From an uncultured Comamonadaceae bacterium (lineage in GTDB: Bacteria > Pseudomonadota > Gammaproteobacteria > Burkholderiales > Burkholderiaceae_C): a DNA stretch of 64,000 nt. The position numbers were made by a program, and so were the translations under genes. Positions 1-10,039 of this stretch are shown here, piece after piece. How positions within the stretch are numbered: the stretch's first letter is position 1; each line of letters starts with the position of its first letter. The notes under the pieces were generated by a model that saw only the letters and a list, made by a program, of their open reading frames with translations, was not told the origin of the DNA and made no database searches. The DNA is taken from contig CBFGPX010000001.1 in the NCBI GenBank assembly GCA_965650725.1, positions 18,665-82,664 on the forward strand, in the 5' to 3' direction.

Positions 1-460
1 CCGTGGTCTCCAGCGCGCCGGTGGCTGCCGTGATGAAGGCACCGGCGGCGGCCATCAGCGCCGGGTTGGCGTTCAGCCGGCCCTCCAACCACCTGGCGTC
101 GTCGGCGGGCAGGCCCGACACCTTGAACTCACCGTCCACCAGTCTGAAGTCCCAGCCGGTGCCGATGTCGGGCCGGCGCTTCGCAAGCATGGCGTCGAGC
201 TTGCCCAGCTCCTTCTGGATGATGTCCATGCTGCGGCCGGCAGCATTCCTGTGAACGATCTGCCTCTCGATGAACGCGGGCTGATGCTTCAGCGACTCCG
301 CAACGGGGATGATCGTGACCGCTCCGAGCGCCGGATCCTCATGGAGGCCGCCATTCGCCAGCGCCAGGCGCTCCGCCGTAACCCCCACCCAATCGGCCGC
401 GGCGCGTTGGGCACCGCTGGAGCTGAGCGCCATGGGCACCTGGGAAACGCTGGAAATCAC
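1..460 (-). CDS. hypothetical protein, partial (runs off the left edge)
   Basis: Manually read frame from GTG at 460 (MISSVSQVPM...MDIIQKELGKLDAMLAKRRPDIGTGWDFRLVDGEFKV...) stays open to position 1; GC3-rich codons; not in the ORF track because it is truncated. Confidence 0.55.
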   Translation of the reverse strand, partial: MISSVSQVPMALSSSGAQRAAADWVGVTAERLALANGGLHEDPALGAVTIIPVAESLKHQPAFIERQIVHRNAAGRSMDIIQKELGKLDAMLAKRRPDIGTGWDFRLVDGEFKVSGLPADDARWLEGRLNANPALMAAAGAFITAATGALETT

Positions 461-583
461 GTCTGGTTCCGCAGTACGGTTGGATTAGGTCGACGGCCGG
501 CATCAGCCCCTGCTCTTCTCCTCTGCTTGTCGGCCTTGCACGACAGAACTTGAGCGCGCGTATCCGCCTGGCTGGACGCGCCG

Positions 584-1822
584 CTAGGGGGTTGCCTCGA
601 CGGGCGTGAACAACGGGCTGGCCATGCGCACCGGCGTCACGTCCAGCCTCACCTTCAGCACGGTGTAGTCGTCGCCGCCCAGCGCGTTGCTGAACCAGCC
701 GACGGTGCCGGGGCCCTTGTAGAGCCGGAACTCGAAGCCCAGCTCGGGCGACAGGTCGCCGGGCCGCGGCCGCACCCGGTAGGCCAGACCGCGCACCTCG
801 GGCGAGCGGGCGTCCAGCAGCTGCGTCATCGCGGTGACGATGGTGTTGTCGGCCAGCATGTCCATGAAGTAGGGCTCGAACTGCAGCGCCGGTCGGTAGT
901 CGGCGGCGGCCGGGTCCAGCCGCTGGTCGCGCAGCTTGTGGGCCGCGGGCGTCGTGACGCCGGTCTTCAGGTCGTGGCGGTCGCCGCGGTCGAGGTAGCT
1001 GATGACGGCGCCGCGCAGGTTGAAGGCAGGCAGCCGGGCATCCGACGCGGCCTCGGACAGGTCCACCAGCATCGCACCGCGCGCACCGACGATCTCGACC
1101 TCGTGACCCTTGATGACAGCCGCCGAGTTCTCCTCGATGCCCAGGCCCAGCGTGTAGCCCAGCGCCCGCATCGCCGGCAGCATGCGGCCGATGCGCCCGC
1201 GCTTCAGGAAGTGCTGGTCGACGAACAGGCTTGGCATCACGAAGTCCAGGCCCCGGTCGTACTCGCGCCTGTCGCGCCACTGGCCCTTCAGGATCTGCAG
1301 GTTGTCCGGCGCGTCGCGGAACATGACGCGGCTCATGATGGTCGCGCCGGCGCTGGTGCCGGCAACGACGCCGCCGTTGTCGAACACCTGGCGGATGGCC
1401 CCCAGCATGGCCGTCGGCTGGCCGCCGGGCTGCAGCGTGTCGACGATGTACTCCTGCGCGCCCCCCGAGAAGAACACCGCCTTGGAGGCGGCGACCCTGG
1501 CGATCAGCGCCGGGTCGTTCAGGTTGGCCTGCCAGTCCACGTCCTTCTGGCGCGGCGCGACGGGAATGGCCTCGGCATTCGCGCCACGCCGGTTCAGCGA
1601 CGCGACGATGAGGCCGGCGCTGCGCTCGGGGTTGGCCGCGGCGGTGGCGAACACGGCGATGCGCGCGCCTGGGCCGCCCGCCTCGTCGACCACGCGCTGC
1701 CAGACGGCGTCGTTGTCGCTCTTGGTGGCGCCGCCGATGACGATGGCCGTGCCGGCATGGGCGCTGAGCTGGAGAAGAAGGAGGGCCGCCGCGGCGGTCA
1801 GTCGCAACAGGAGGGCATGCAT
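584..1822 (-). CDS. secreted cyanophycinase-like serine peptidase (S51)
   Basis: Signal peptide; IVIGG, FFSGGAQ, nucleophile motif GTSAG, VDQHF.RGR.GR and GIEEN motifs of cyanophycinases. Confidence 0.85.
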   Translation of the reverse strand: MHALLLRLTAAAALLLLQLSAHAGTAIVIGGATKSDNDAVWQRVVDEAGGPGARIAVFATAAANPERSAGLIVASLNRRGANAEAIPVAPRQKDVDWQANLNDPALIARVAASKAVFFSGGAQEYIVDTLQPGGQPTAMLGAIRQVFDNGGVVAGTSAGATIMSRVMFRDAPDNLQILKGQWRDRREYDRGLDFVMPSLFVDQHFLKRGRIGRMLPAMRALGYTLGLGIEENSAAVIKGHEVEIVGARGAMLVDLSEAASDARLPAFNLRGAVISYLDRGDRHDLKTGVTTPAAHKLRDQRLDPAAADYRPALQFEPYFMDMLADNTIVTAMTQLLDARSPEVRGLAYRVRPRPGDLSPELGFEFRLYKGPGTVGWFSNALGGDDYTVLKVRLDVTPVRMASPLFTPVEATP

Positions 1823-1832
1823 GCCCCCGAGC

Positions 1833-2633
1833 TTAAGCGGCGGCCTGGGCGGCGACGCCCTCGCTGAGCCAGACGCAGTCGCCCTGCTCGAACAGGCGCA
1901 CCTCGCCGGGTTGAAAGGCGGTCCAGGCCTCGTCGTGCGTCAGCGGCTCGGTGGCCACCAGCGTCATCAGGTCGCGCGGGCCGTTCAGCAGGGCCAGGTC
2001 CACGCCGAGGTCGCCGTCGCGCAGGCGCACGTGGCCGAACGGCGGCTGGCGGCGCAGCCAGTGCAGCCGCGTGGAGGCATGGGCCAGCATGGCGCGGCCA
2101 TCGGTCAGCAACAGGTTGAAGCGGCCGTGCTCGGCGATCTCGTGCAGCCAGGGCGTCAGCGTGACAGCCAGCTCGGGCCAGCCGGGCAGGCGTGCGCCGA
2201 AGCGCTGCTGCAGCCGCTGCATCAGCCAGCAGAAGGCTCGCTCGCTGTCGGTCTGGCCGGTCGGCGCGAAGCTGCCGTCCAGGCTGGGGTGGAAGTCTTT
2301 CAGGTCGCCGTTATGGGCGAACACCCAGGTGCGGCCGGCCCATTCGCGGCGGAAGGGGTGGCAGTTCTCCGGCGCGCGCACGCCCTGCGTGGCCTTGCGG
2401 ATGTGGGCCAGGATGTTGCGCGCCTGTACCGGATGCCGGCCGTAGTGCGAGGCCAGGTCGGACTCGGCGGCAGGCCGGTCCTCGACGATCACCTCGCACC
2501 GCTCGCCCGCATGGAAAGCCACGCCCCAGCCGTCCACATGGTCCGCCGTGCGTCCACCCCGGGCGGCGAAGCCGTGCAACGAGAAGTTGGCGGCGGCCGG
2601 CAGGCGGCTGTTGAGGGCGAAAAGCTCACACAT
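1833..2633 (-). CDS. class II glutamine amidotransferase (YafJ-like)
   Basis: N-terminal MCELF (Cys1), DGWGV, AHIRKAT, ENCHPF, FAHNG and TDSE motifs. Confidence 0.88.
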   Translation of the reverse strand: MCELFALNSRLPAAANFSLHGFAARGGRTADHVDGWGVAFHAGERCEVIVEDRPAAESDLASHYGRHPVQARNILAHIRKATQGVRAPENCHPFRREWAGRTWVFAHNGDLKDFHPSLDGSFAPTGQTDSERAFCWLMQRLQQRFGARLPGWPELAVTLTPWLHEIAEHGRFNLLLTDGRAMLAHASTRLHWLRRQPPFGHVRLRDGDLGVDLALLNGPRDLMTLVATEPLTHDEAWTAFQPGEVRLFEQGDCVWLSEGVAAQAAA

Positions 2634-2921
2634 CGGAATAGGCGGGGCAGCTCGGTCGGGGTGTTGAACGCCTGCAGTCTGAAGTGCGATGACAGGATGG
2701 GCAACGATTCTTCCGTCATGAGCTCATGCCGGCGTGCCTAGTTCACGCATCAGCACAGCATCACGCAGTCATCAGCCGGCAATCCCTAGGTTGTTGCGTG
2801 CCAACGGCGCCACGCCGTAATTCGTTCACAGGCACATCTCGCAACATTTACGCCTGACCCGTGGCCCGTCCTCCTACCCTTTGGGGAAGGGCTGAACGAT
2901 GAAGCCGAGAGGAGTGTTGCG

Positions 2922-3599
2922 ATGTGGATGACCGAGTTTGTGCTGCCGGGCCAGGTGCCCGGGTCTCGCCCCAGCGAGCGCCGCGGCGCGGCATCGCTGT
3001 CCAACCAGTGGCTGGGTCTGGTGCTGGAGGAACTGGACCACGGCATCGTGCTGCTGAACGGCGCGGGCCGGGTGCTGCACACCAACCTGGCGGCCCGCGC
3101 GGCGCTGGACGACAACCACCCGCTGGAGATGGTGGGCCCGCACCTGCGCGCGCGGCTGCTGACCGACGCCGTGCCGCTGGCCGAGGCGCTGGAAGGCGCC
3201 GAGACCAGCGGGCGCCGCTGCCTGTTGCGCCTGGGTGACGACCGCTCGGAATGCGGTCGTGCCAACGTGGTGGTGGTGCCGCTCAACCGTGACGTCAGCC
3301 AGGCAGCCGTGCTGCTGATCCTGGAGCGCCGCCAGCTGTGCGGCGACCTGGCCGCGCAGTGGTTCGCGCTGCGCTACCAGCTGACGCCGGCCGAGACCGA
3401 GGTGCTGAAGGCGCTGTCCAACGGCGTGAAGCCCACCGACGTGGCGCGCCGCCAGGGCGTGGCCATCTCCACCGTGCGCAGCCAGATCCAGAGCATCCGC
3501 GCCAAGAGCGGCGCCGACAGCATCGGCGAGCTGATGCGCCAGCTGGCGCTGCTGCCGCCGCTGGTGTCGTCGCTGCGGCCGGCCAAGATGGTCAACTGA
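2922..3599 (+). CDS. LuxR-type HTH transcriptional regulator with PAS-like N-terminus
   Basis: C-terminal LTPAETEVL...G...VA...VAISTVRSQIQSIRAK; RBS GAGGAG upstream. Confidence 0.85.
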   Translation: MWMTEFVLPGQVPGSRPSERRGAASLSNQWLGLVLEELDHGIVLLNGAGRVLHTNLAARAALDDNHPLEMVGPHLRARLLTDAVPLAEALEGAETSGRRCLLRLGDDRSECGRANVVVVPLNRDVSQAAVLLILERRQLCGDLAAQWFALRYQLTPAETEVLKALSNGVKPTDVARRQGVAISTVRSQIQSIRAKSGADSIGELMRQLALLPPLVSSLRPAKMVN

Positions 3600-3618
3600 G
3601 ACGAGCGCTTGGCGTTGG

Positions 3619-3683
3619 CGGGCCGCCGCGAGCCGGCCCGAGTCCCAGCGGCGGACCGGCCAAGGTATTCCTCGGACGAGGGG
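3619..3683. repeat. short palindromic intergenic repeat (family B), copy 1
   Basis: CGGGCCGCC..AGCCGGCCCG...GGACCGGCCAAGG...GGACGAGGGG is shared with 49692-49796. Confidence 0.6.
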
Positions 3684-3738
3684 CTTCATCTCTTAACATC
3701 CGGCGCGCCGTGCTGCCCATTGCACGCGGCACGTCCGG

Positions 3739-4371
3739 ATGGCTGAAGACACGCAAGACAACGAACTCCTGGTCCTGCCGCCCTCGCTGCGGCTGCTCGC
3801 CGCGCGCGGCATGGCGCGCAGCCACCGCAAGGGCGTGGTGCTGATCGAGGAGGGCTCGGTCGGCGACAACCTCTACCTGATCCTGTCCGGCTCGCTGCGT
3901 GCCTACAGCAGCGACGCGCGCGGCCGCGAGATCACCTACGGCGTCTACGGCCCCGGCGAGTACGTGGGCGAGATGAGCCTGGACGGCGGCCCGCGCTCGG
4001 CCAGCGTCATCACCGAGACGGCGAGCCGGCTGGTCATGGTCACGCGGGCCAGCCTGCTGACCCACATCAGCGAGCACCCCGAGTTCGCGTTCGAGCTGCT
4101 GACCAAGGTCATCCGCCGCGCCCGCGCGGCCACGCTGTCCACCAAGCAGCTGGCGCTGAACGACGTCTACGGCCGGCTGCGCAATCTGGTGGATCAGGCC
4201 ACCAGCGACGGCCAGCATCTGGCGCTGACCCACCAGGGCATGGCCCAGCGCCTGGGCTGCTCGCGCGAGATGGTGTCCAAGCTGGTCAAGGACCTGGAGC
4301 TGGGCGGCTACCTGAAGCGCGTGGCGGCAGGCGAGTACCAGCGGTTGAAGACGCTGCCGGCGCGCTGGTGA
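3739..4371 (+). CDS. Crp/Fnr family transcriptional regulator
   Basis: cNMP-binding GEMS...PRSASV; HTH LTHQGMAQRLGCSREMVSK. Confidence 0.92.
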   Translation: MAEDTQDNELLVLPPSLRLLAARGMARSHRKGVVLIEEGSVGDNLYLILSGSLRAYSSDARGREITYGVYGPGEYVGEMSLDGGPRSASVITETASRLVMVTRASLLTHISEHPEFAFELLTKVIRRARAATLSTKQLALNDVYGRLRNLVDQATSDGQHLALTHQGMAQRLGCSREMVSKLVKDLELGGYLKRVAAGEYQRLKTLPARW

Positions 4372-5325
4372 TCAGGCTTTCTTGAGCGGCGGCGCGACGG
4401 GAAAGCGCCGTTCCGGCCGCGGCGCGCGGGCGTACAGGCCGGCCACCTTGGGCAGGTTGGCCTGGATGTCGCGGATGCGCGTGGCGTTGGCCGGGTGGGT
4501 GGACAGCCATTGCGGCGGCGCACCCTTGTTGCCGGCCATCATCTTTTCCCACAGCCGCACGGCGGCGGCCGGGTCGTAGCCGGCGCGGGCCGACAGCTCG
4601 ATGCCCACCAGGTCGGCCTCGCTCTCGTCCTCGCGGCTGAACGTCAGCTTGGCCAGCTCGGCGATACCGCCAGTCAAGGTGCGTCCCAGCTGGCCTAAGC
4701 CCAGCAACGCTGAAACGGCTTCTGCGCCGAGATTGGTCAGGGCCGACTTGCCCACCCGCTCGCGCGCATGCTCGCGCAGCGCATGCGCCACCTCGTGGCC
4801 CATGATGGCGGCGACCTCGTCGTCCTCCAGCTTGAGCTTTTCCAGGATGCCGTAATAGAAGGCGATCTTGCCGCCCGGCATGCAGAAGGCGTTGAGCTGC
4901 TGGCTGCCCAGCAGGTTGACCTCCCACTTCCACTGCCGCGAGCGCTCGTTCCACTCGTAGCTGTGCGGGATGATGCGCTGCGCGATGTAGCGCAGCCGCT
5001 GCACCTGCGGATGGTCCATGGGCGCCAGGCCGCGCTGCTGCTGGGCCTCGCGCATCATCTGCGTGTACTGCTGGGCGCCGGCCTGCTCCAGCTGCTCGGC
5101 CGACACCACCTTGGTGGCCCAGCTCTTCTTGCCGACATCCACACCCTCGCGCGCCCAGGCCGGCGTCAGCGCCGCGGCGCCCAGCAGGCCTGTGAACAGA
5201 CGGCGCGTGCGCTGACGCGGTGGCGTGCAGCGGCCGGCGGCGCAGTCGGCGCAGGCGCCGAACATGCGTTGCGGCAGGTGGGACAGCTGAAGGTCGTCGC
5301 GGACGATGAAGTCGGGGGCTGGCAT
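4372..5325 (-). CDS. M48 family zinc metallopeptidase
   Basis: NAFCMPGG, HEVAH, FSREDESEAD and LSTHP motifs; start uncertain (5325 or 5265). Confidence 0.88.
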   Translation of the reverse strand: MPAPDFIVRDDLQLSHLPQRMFGACADCAAGRCTPPRQRTRRLFTGLLGAAALTPAWAREGVDVGKKSWATKVVSAEQLEQAGAQQYTQMMREAQQQRGLAPMDHPQVQRLRYIAQRIIPHSYEWNERSRQWKWEVNLLGSQQLNAFCMPGGKIAFYYGILEKLKLEDDEVAAIMGHEVAHALREHARERVGKSALTNLGAEAVSALLGLGQLGRTLTGGIAELAKLTFSREDESEADLVGIELSARAGYDPAAAVRLWEKMMAGNKGAPPQWLSTHPANATRIRDIQANLPKVAGLYARAPRPERRFPVAPPLKKA

Positions 5326-5382
5326 GCCGGCATTGTGCGGCGCTGCACGGCAAGGCTTCGTAGGACTGGCGACAATCCCGCC

Positions 5383-5859
5383 ATGGATCCACAGCAATTC
5401 CGCGCCGCGCTGGGCATGTTCGCCACCGGCGTGACCATCGTCACCGTGCGCTCGGCGGACGGCGGCCTCGTGGGCCTGACGGCCAATTCCTTCAATTCCG
5501 TGTCGCTCGATCCGCCGCTGGTGCTGTGGAGCCTGGCGCGGCGCGCCGGCTCGCTGCCGGTGTTCACGCACGGCACGCACTACGCGATCAACATCCTGGC
5601 GGCCGACCAGAAGGAACTGGCCCAGCGCTTCGCGATGCGCGACATCGACCGCTTCGCCGGCGTGGCCTGGCGCGAGGGCGCCGGCGGCGCGCCGGTGCTG
5701 GACGGCGCGGTGGCCGTGTTCGAGTGCGCCAACCGCAGCCGCTACGAGGAGGGCGACCATGTCATCTTCGTCGGCGAGGTGGAGCGCTGCACCGCGCGGC
5801 CCGGCGCGCAGCCGCTGATCTTCCACGGCGGGCGCTACTTCACCGAGCTGCCGATCTGA
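5383..5859 (+). CDS. flavin reductase family protein
   Basis: FRAALGMFATGVTIVT, TANSFNSVSLDPPLV, GDHVIFVGEV. Confidence 0.92.
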   Translation: MDPQQFRAALGMFATGVTIVTVRSADGGLVGLTANSFNSVSLDPPLVLWSLARRAGSLPVFTHGTHYAINILAADQKELAQRFAMRDIDRFAGVAWREGAGGAPVLDGAVAVFECANRSRYEEGDHVIFVGEVERCTARPGAQPLIFHGGRYFTELPI

Positions 5860-5864
5860 GCCCG

Positions 5865-7316
5865 TCAGGCCGCCAGCCGCCCGGCCGGCAAGGCCGTGGG
5901 CGCGGCGGCCAGCCGCGGCCAGCGCCAGGCCAGCAGCGCGGCCGTGACGCCGGCCAGCACCAGCCCCAGCGCCCACAACGGCACGATCTGCTGCGCCGCC
6001 AGCGCGTGGCAGAGGCCGGCCAGCGTCAGGAAGGCCAAGCTGGGCGCCACGGCCGTCATGCTGGTGGGCGGGCGCAGCAGCGCCGGGCGCCGCGTCAGCA
6101 TGCAGGCGGCGACGGGCAGCGCGGCCAGCGGCAGACTCAGCAGCAGTTGGTTGGCTGCGGCGAGGCCCAGCGCGAACAGCAGCCCCGTGGTCAGCAGCCA
6201 GCTGACGCCGAAGTCCCGCCATTGCAGCCGCGCCACCGCCACATTGAGTTCGCGGCCCAGGGGCATTCCCGGCAGCAGGCGCAACAAGGCCTGCTCGCGC
6301 CGGCTGGCCCACAGCGTGTTGGTCAACGCGAACCCCGGGTTGACGCCCGCGCTGGCGATGCCGATGCCCATGCCGAAGGCGCCGTGCTGCAGCACCAGGG
6401 CCAGGCTGGCACCGGTGGTGGCCAGCACCAAGGTGAACACCATGGCCACGAGGGCCATGATGGTGCCCATCGTCAGCGCATGCCGCAGCCAGTGCTGCTG
6501 GCCGTGCATCACGATCTCGGCGCGCGCCATGACGCTGCGCAGGCGGGTGTTGTCAGCGCGGTCCAGCACATGCTGCAGCCAGGCCGACAGCACGCGCGCA
6601 TAGGGCCGTGCGAGCCGCTCGAACGGCGCCCACGAGTTGATGGCCGGCGCCTTGCCTTCCATCTGCATCTGCATGGCGCGACGCATCAGCACCTGCGTGG
6701 CATAGCGGGCCCGGTGCCGGGCGTTGCCATTGGCAAAGGCGCGCAGCACCAGCCAGGCCTGGAGCAGCAGGCAGGCCGCCAGCACCGCGTAGGCGTGCGT
6801 GTCCCACAGCGACGCGAGCGCCTGCCGGGCGGGCGCCAGCCAGCCGCCCAGCGCGACGGACAGCGGCGACAGCAGGATGGTCAGGAACCACAGCCACACC
6901 AGCCGCGTCGTCCACAGCAGGAAGGCGGTGAGGAAGCCGCTGCACAGCAGCAGCAGGGGCCAGAACCCGGGCGCAGACACGAGCAACAGCAACAGGACGG
7001 TGTCCAGCGCCGTGAACAACGCCCAGCCCAGCAGCGCGGCGCGCCTGAGCGTGGGCAGGTGGCCGGGCACGGTGCGAGCGGCGGTGGGGTGGTTCTGCTC
7101 CAGCAGGCTGTAGGAGACGGCCATCCAGGCGCCCAGGCCGATGGTCAGCAGCAGCCCCACCACCACGCGCCAGCCGGCCGCGGGTGGCAGCCAGACCAGG
7201 CTGGCACCGCCGACCACGAGCAGCAGCGCAGCGATGATCCGCCGGCCCCAGGGCGAGGCGCGATCGCGCTGACGCCAGGGCGCCAGCAGCACCTGCGAGT
7301 AGCGGGCGGCGCTCAT
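5865..7316 (-). CDS. multi-pass membrane protein, putative ABC exporter permease
   Basis: Many hydrophobic helices; translationally coupled to the ABC ATPase. Confidence 0.7.
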   Translation of the reverse strand: MSAARYSQVLLAPWRQRDRASPWGRRIIAALLLVVGGASLVWLPPAAGWRVVVGLLLTIGLGAWMAVSYSLLEQNHPTAARTVPGHLPTLRRAALLGWALFTALDTVLLLLLVSAPGFWPLLLLCSGFLTAFLLWTTRLVWLWFLTILLSPLSVALGGWLAPARQALASLWDTHAYAVLAACLLLQAWLVLRAFANGNARHRARYATQVLMRRAMQMQMEGKAPAINSWAPFERLARPYARVLSAWLQHVLDRADNTRLRSVMARAEIVMHGQQHWLRHALTMGTIMALVAMVFTLVLATTGASLALVLQHGAFGMGIGIASAGVNPGFALTNTLWASRREQALLRLLPGMPLGRELNVAVARLQWRDFGVSWLLTTGLLFALGLAAANQLLLSLPLAALPVAACMLTRRPALLRPPTSMTAVAPSLAFLTLAGLCHALAAQQIVPLWALGLVLAGVTAALLAWRWPRLAAAPTALPAGRLAA

Positions 7317-8200
7317 CAGGTCAGCTCCGCGAACAGGTCGTCGAGGTTGACGCGGTCCATGCTCAGGCCGGCAGGCAGGGCCGCGTCAGCCGGCAGCCGC
7401 GCCAGCACGCGCTCGCGGCCGGCCTCCAGCGGCGTGCGCTTCAGCGGCTCGACGCCCAGCCGGGCCATCAGCACGGCCATCTCGGTGACCGTGCCGGTGA
7501 AGGCGCGCACCTGGTCCAGCAGCTCATCCAGCGGCGCCTGCAGCGCGATGCGGCCGCCGCTCATGAAGGCGACGTTGAAGGCCACGCGCTCCAGGTCCGA
7601 CAGGATGTGCGTGGAGAACACCACGGTGGCGCCGCGGTCCAGCACCTGGCCCACCAGCTCGCGCAGGAAGTCGCGCCGGCCGGCCGGGTCCAGGCTGGCG
7701 ACGGGCTCGTCCAGCACCAGCAGGTCGGGCTCGTGGGCCAGAGCGCGGATGATGGACAGGCGCTGCTTCTGGCCGCCCGACAACTTGCGGATGGGCTTGT
7801 CGCGCGCGATGTCCCAGCGCGACATCAGGCCCTCCACCTTGGCCTCGTTCCAGCGCGGGTAGAAGCTGCGGAAGTAGGCCAGCAGCTGGGCCGGCGTGAA
7901 GCCCTCGAACAGGTCGCTGTGCTGCGGCACGTAGCCGATGCGGGCGCGCGCGGCGTCGTCCAGCGCCAGCACGTCCTGGCCGAACAGCCGCACGCGGCCG
8001 GCATCGGGCTCGCGCAGGCCCAGCAGCGTCTCCAGCAGCGTGGTCTTGCCGGCGCCGTTGCGGCCCAGCAGACCCACGACCTGGCCCGGCTTCAGCGCCC
8101 AGTCCAGGCCGTCCAGCACGGCGGGACTTTTGGGGTAGGCCAGGCTCACGCGGCTCAGTTCGGCGCTGGCGGACTCGGTATGCGGAAAGTGAGGGCTCAT
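7316..8200 (-). CDS. ABC transporter ATP-binding protein (YtrB-like)
   Basis: GRNGAGKT, LSGGQ, LVLDEP. Confidence 0.92.
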   Translation of the reverse strand: MSPHFPHTESASAELSRVSLAYPKSPAVLDGLDWALKPGQVVGLLGRNGAGKTTLLETLLGLREPDAGRVRLFGQDVLALDDAARARIGYVPQHSDLFEGFTPAQLLAYFRSFYPRWNEAKVEGLMSRWDIARDKPIRKLSGGQKQRLSIIRALAHEPDLLVLDEPVASLDPAGRRDFLRELVGQVLDRGATVVFSTHILSDLERVAFNVAFMSGGRIALQAPLDELLDQVRAFTGTVTEMAVLMARLGVEPLKRTPLEAGRERVLARLPADAALPAGLSMDRVNLDDLFAELT

Positions 8201-8232
8201 GGGGGCCTCTTGAGGTTGCGGAAGGTGGCGCC

Positions 8233-8628
8233 TCAGGAGGCGCCGTCCTCCAGGAGGGTCTTGAAGAGTTGCAGGACCTGGGCCTTGGGCAGCTCCAACT
8301 GCCGGGCCTCGGCAGCGGCCTTCTCCAGCGTGGGGCGCAGCAGCTCCACGCGGTCCGCGGTGGGCTGGGCCTTCTGGTGCTGCGCCGCCACCACCATGGA
8401 CAGGCCGCGCCGGCGCTCCAGCACGCCCTCCATCTCCAGCATGGAGTAGGCCTTGGAGATGGTCATGGGGTGCACCGCCAGCGCCTGCGCCAGCTCGCGC
8501 ACCGACGGGATCTCGTCACCCGCCTTCAGCTGCCCCGCCGCCACGCGCCGCCGGACCTGCTCGATGAGCTGGCGGTAGATGGGCTCGGGCGAGCCGGTGT
8601 TGATGTGGACGAAATGGGTCGGGTCCAT
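8233..8628 (-). CDS. GntR family regulator, YtrA subfamily
   Basis: PIYRQLIEQV...GDEIPSVRELA...TISKAY; short C-terminus; precedes an ABC ATPase; start at MDPTHF. Confidence 0.9.
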   Translation of the reverse strand: MDPTHFVHINTGSPEPIYRQLIEQVRRRVAAGQLKAGDEIPSVRELAQALAVHPMTISKAYSMLEMEGVLERRRGLSMVVAAQHQKAQPTADRVELLRPTLEKAAAEARQLELPKAQVLQLFKTLLEDGAS

Positions 8629-8640
8629 GCGGAACTGCCA

Positions 8641-8666
8641 ATGTGTACTAGTACGATAGTACACAT
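8641..8666. promoter_or_regulatory. YtrA-type GntR autoregulatory operator
   Basis: Perfect inverted repeat ATGTGTACTA-N6-TAGTACACAT, 12 bp upstream of the GntR start; resembles YtrA-subfamily boxes. Confidence 0.8.
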
Positions 8667-8779
8667 GGACAGTATCCGTCAAGCGGGCGCGTCGCGACGC
8701 GCAGCACGGTCGAGCGCTTAAGCGGCCTCAGGTCTCCAGCAACCCGCTTGCATGAGCAACGCTTCAGCGCGTCGCACGG

Positions 8780-10039
8780 TCAGGGATGGAGCGCCCTCCA
8801 GCGCGGGTAGGCCTCCAGCGCCTTTTGCGGCCAGGTGCCCCACCAGGTGTAGCCGTTGCGGCGGCCCTTGGAGATCTCGTTGACGTCGTCATGGATGGTC
8901 TTGCCCCAGTCGCCGAAGATGGGGCGGCCGGTCGACACGTCGTAGAGCCGGGACCACAGCGGGCCGGCGCCGGGCTGGGAGATGAGCTTGCGGCCGTCGG
9001 GCGTCATCGTGAAGGCGTGGTCGCGCAGCGCCTGGGCCTGCAGCCAGGCGATACCGGCGTGGATGGCGGCCTTCATCGCGGGCGTGGGGCGGGGCTGCTG
9101 CATCAGGAACAGCAGCACGCCCGCGCTCTCGGCGCTGGCCAGGCCGCGCGGCTCGTAGTTGCGGGCGGAGATGGGGGTCAGCGTGAGCGCGTCGATCTGC
9201 TGCGGCCAGCCGGTCAGGCGGCCGTCGACCTTCACCTGGGCCGACAGGATGACGTCGACCGCACGGGCCGCTGCTGCACGGGCCTGGCGGCGCTGCGCCT
9301 GGGGCACGAAGGCGAAACCGGGCGCGCCGTCGGCCACGTCCTGCAGCAGGTGCGCGGCCTCGGACACGGCCTCGTCGTTGAAGGTGATGCCGTCGTGGAA
9401 GCCCCCTTCCAGCGGGTAGTTCTGCGGCCAGCCGCCGTTGGGGTACTGAGCCATCAGCAGGTAGTCCAGGCCCTTGAGGATGGCGGCTCGATAGGCGTCG
9501 CTGGCGCGCTGCTGGTTCACACGCGCGAGAAAGCGGATCTCGGTGTGCGTGGCGTCGTTGTCCAGCGTGCCGACGAAAGTCCAGAAGCGGTCGCGCGGCT
9601 CGTCGAAGCTGCCGCTGCCAACCGTCATCGTCTCGGCGTTGTTCGCGTAGCGCTGGCCGGGCAGGCGCGGCGGGCCGGCGCGGTTCTGGTTCTTGCTCCA
9701 GCCACCGCTGGGGGTCTGGAAGCTGAGGATGGTCGCGGCGATGGATTGCGCCTCGTCCGACGCGTACCAGCCGGGCTCGCCGTCCAGCGGCGCATTCATC
9801 TTGCCGGCCACGGGCGGCGGCGGCACGGGGTCGCCGGGCTTCAGCTCGCGGGCCAGCGTCGCGCGGTCGAAGGCCATCTGGCGTTCGGAGCGGTCGATAT
9901 AGGCCTGCCAGGCCGGGCGCTGCGCGGCAGGCAGCTCGGCGAGGCGGGCCCTACTCACCTCGGGCGCCGGTGTGTTGTGGCCGATGACGGCGGCCAGCGC
10001 CGCACTCGGCAGCAGGGCGAGGAGCAACAGGTGCTTCAT
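8780..10039 (-). CDS. pelA: pectate lyase, PL10 (PelA/Pel-15E family), secreted
   Basis: Signal peptide; GGWSKN, GTLDNDAT, QYPNGGWPQ, ITFND and ARNYE motifs. Confidence 0.9.
   Translation of the reverse strand: MKHLLLLALLPSAALAAVIGHNTPAPEVSRARLAELPAAQRPAWQAYIDRSERQMAFDRATLARELKPGDPVPPPPVAGKMNAPLDGEPGWYASDEAQSIAATILSFQTPSGGWSKNQNRAGPPRLPGQRYANNAETMTVGSGSFDEPRDRFWTFVGTLDNDATHTEIRFLARVNQQRASDAYRAAILKGLDYLLMAQYPNGGWPQNYPLEGGFHDGITFNDEAVSEAAHLLQDVADGAPGFAFVPQAQRRQARAAAARAVDVILSAQVKVDGRLTGWPQQIDALTLTPISARNYEPRGLASAESAGVLLFLMQQPRPTPAMKAAIHAGIAWLQAQALRDHAFTMTPDGRKLISQPGAGPLWSRLYDVSTGRPIFGDWGKTIHDDVNEISKGRRNGYTWWGTWPQKALEAYPRWRALHP

Noticed and set aside
2634-2921. Riboswitch, CRP site or leader ORF (2489-2719) in the divergent intergenic region
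   Set aside because: No recognisable aptamer consensus; only a CRP half-site (TCACA); the ORF overlaps the amidotransferase out of frame
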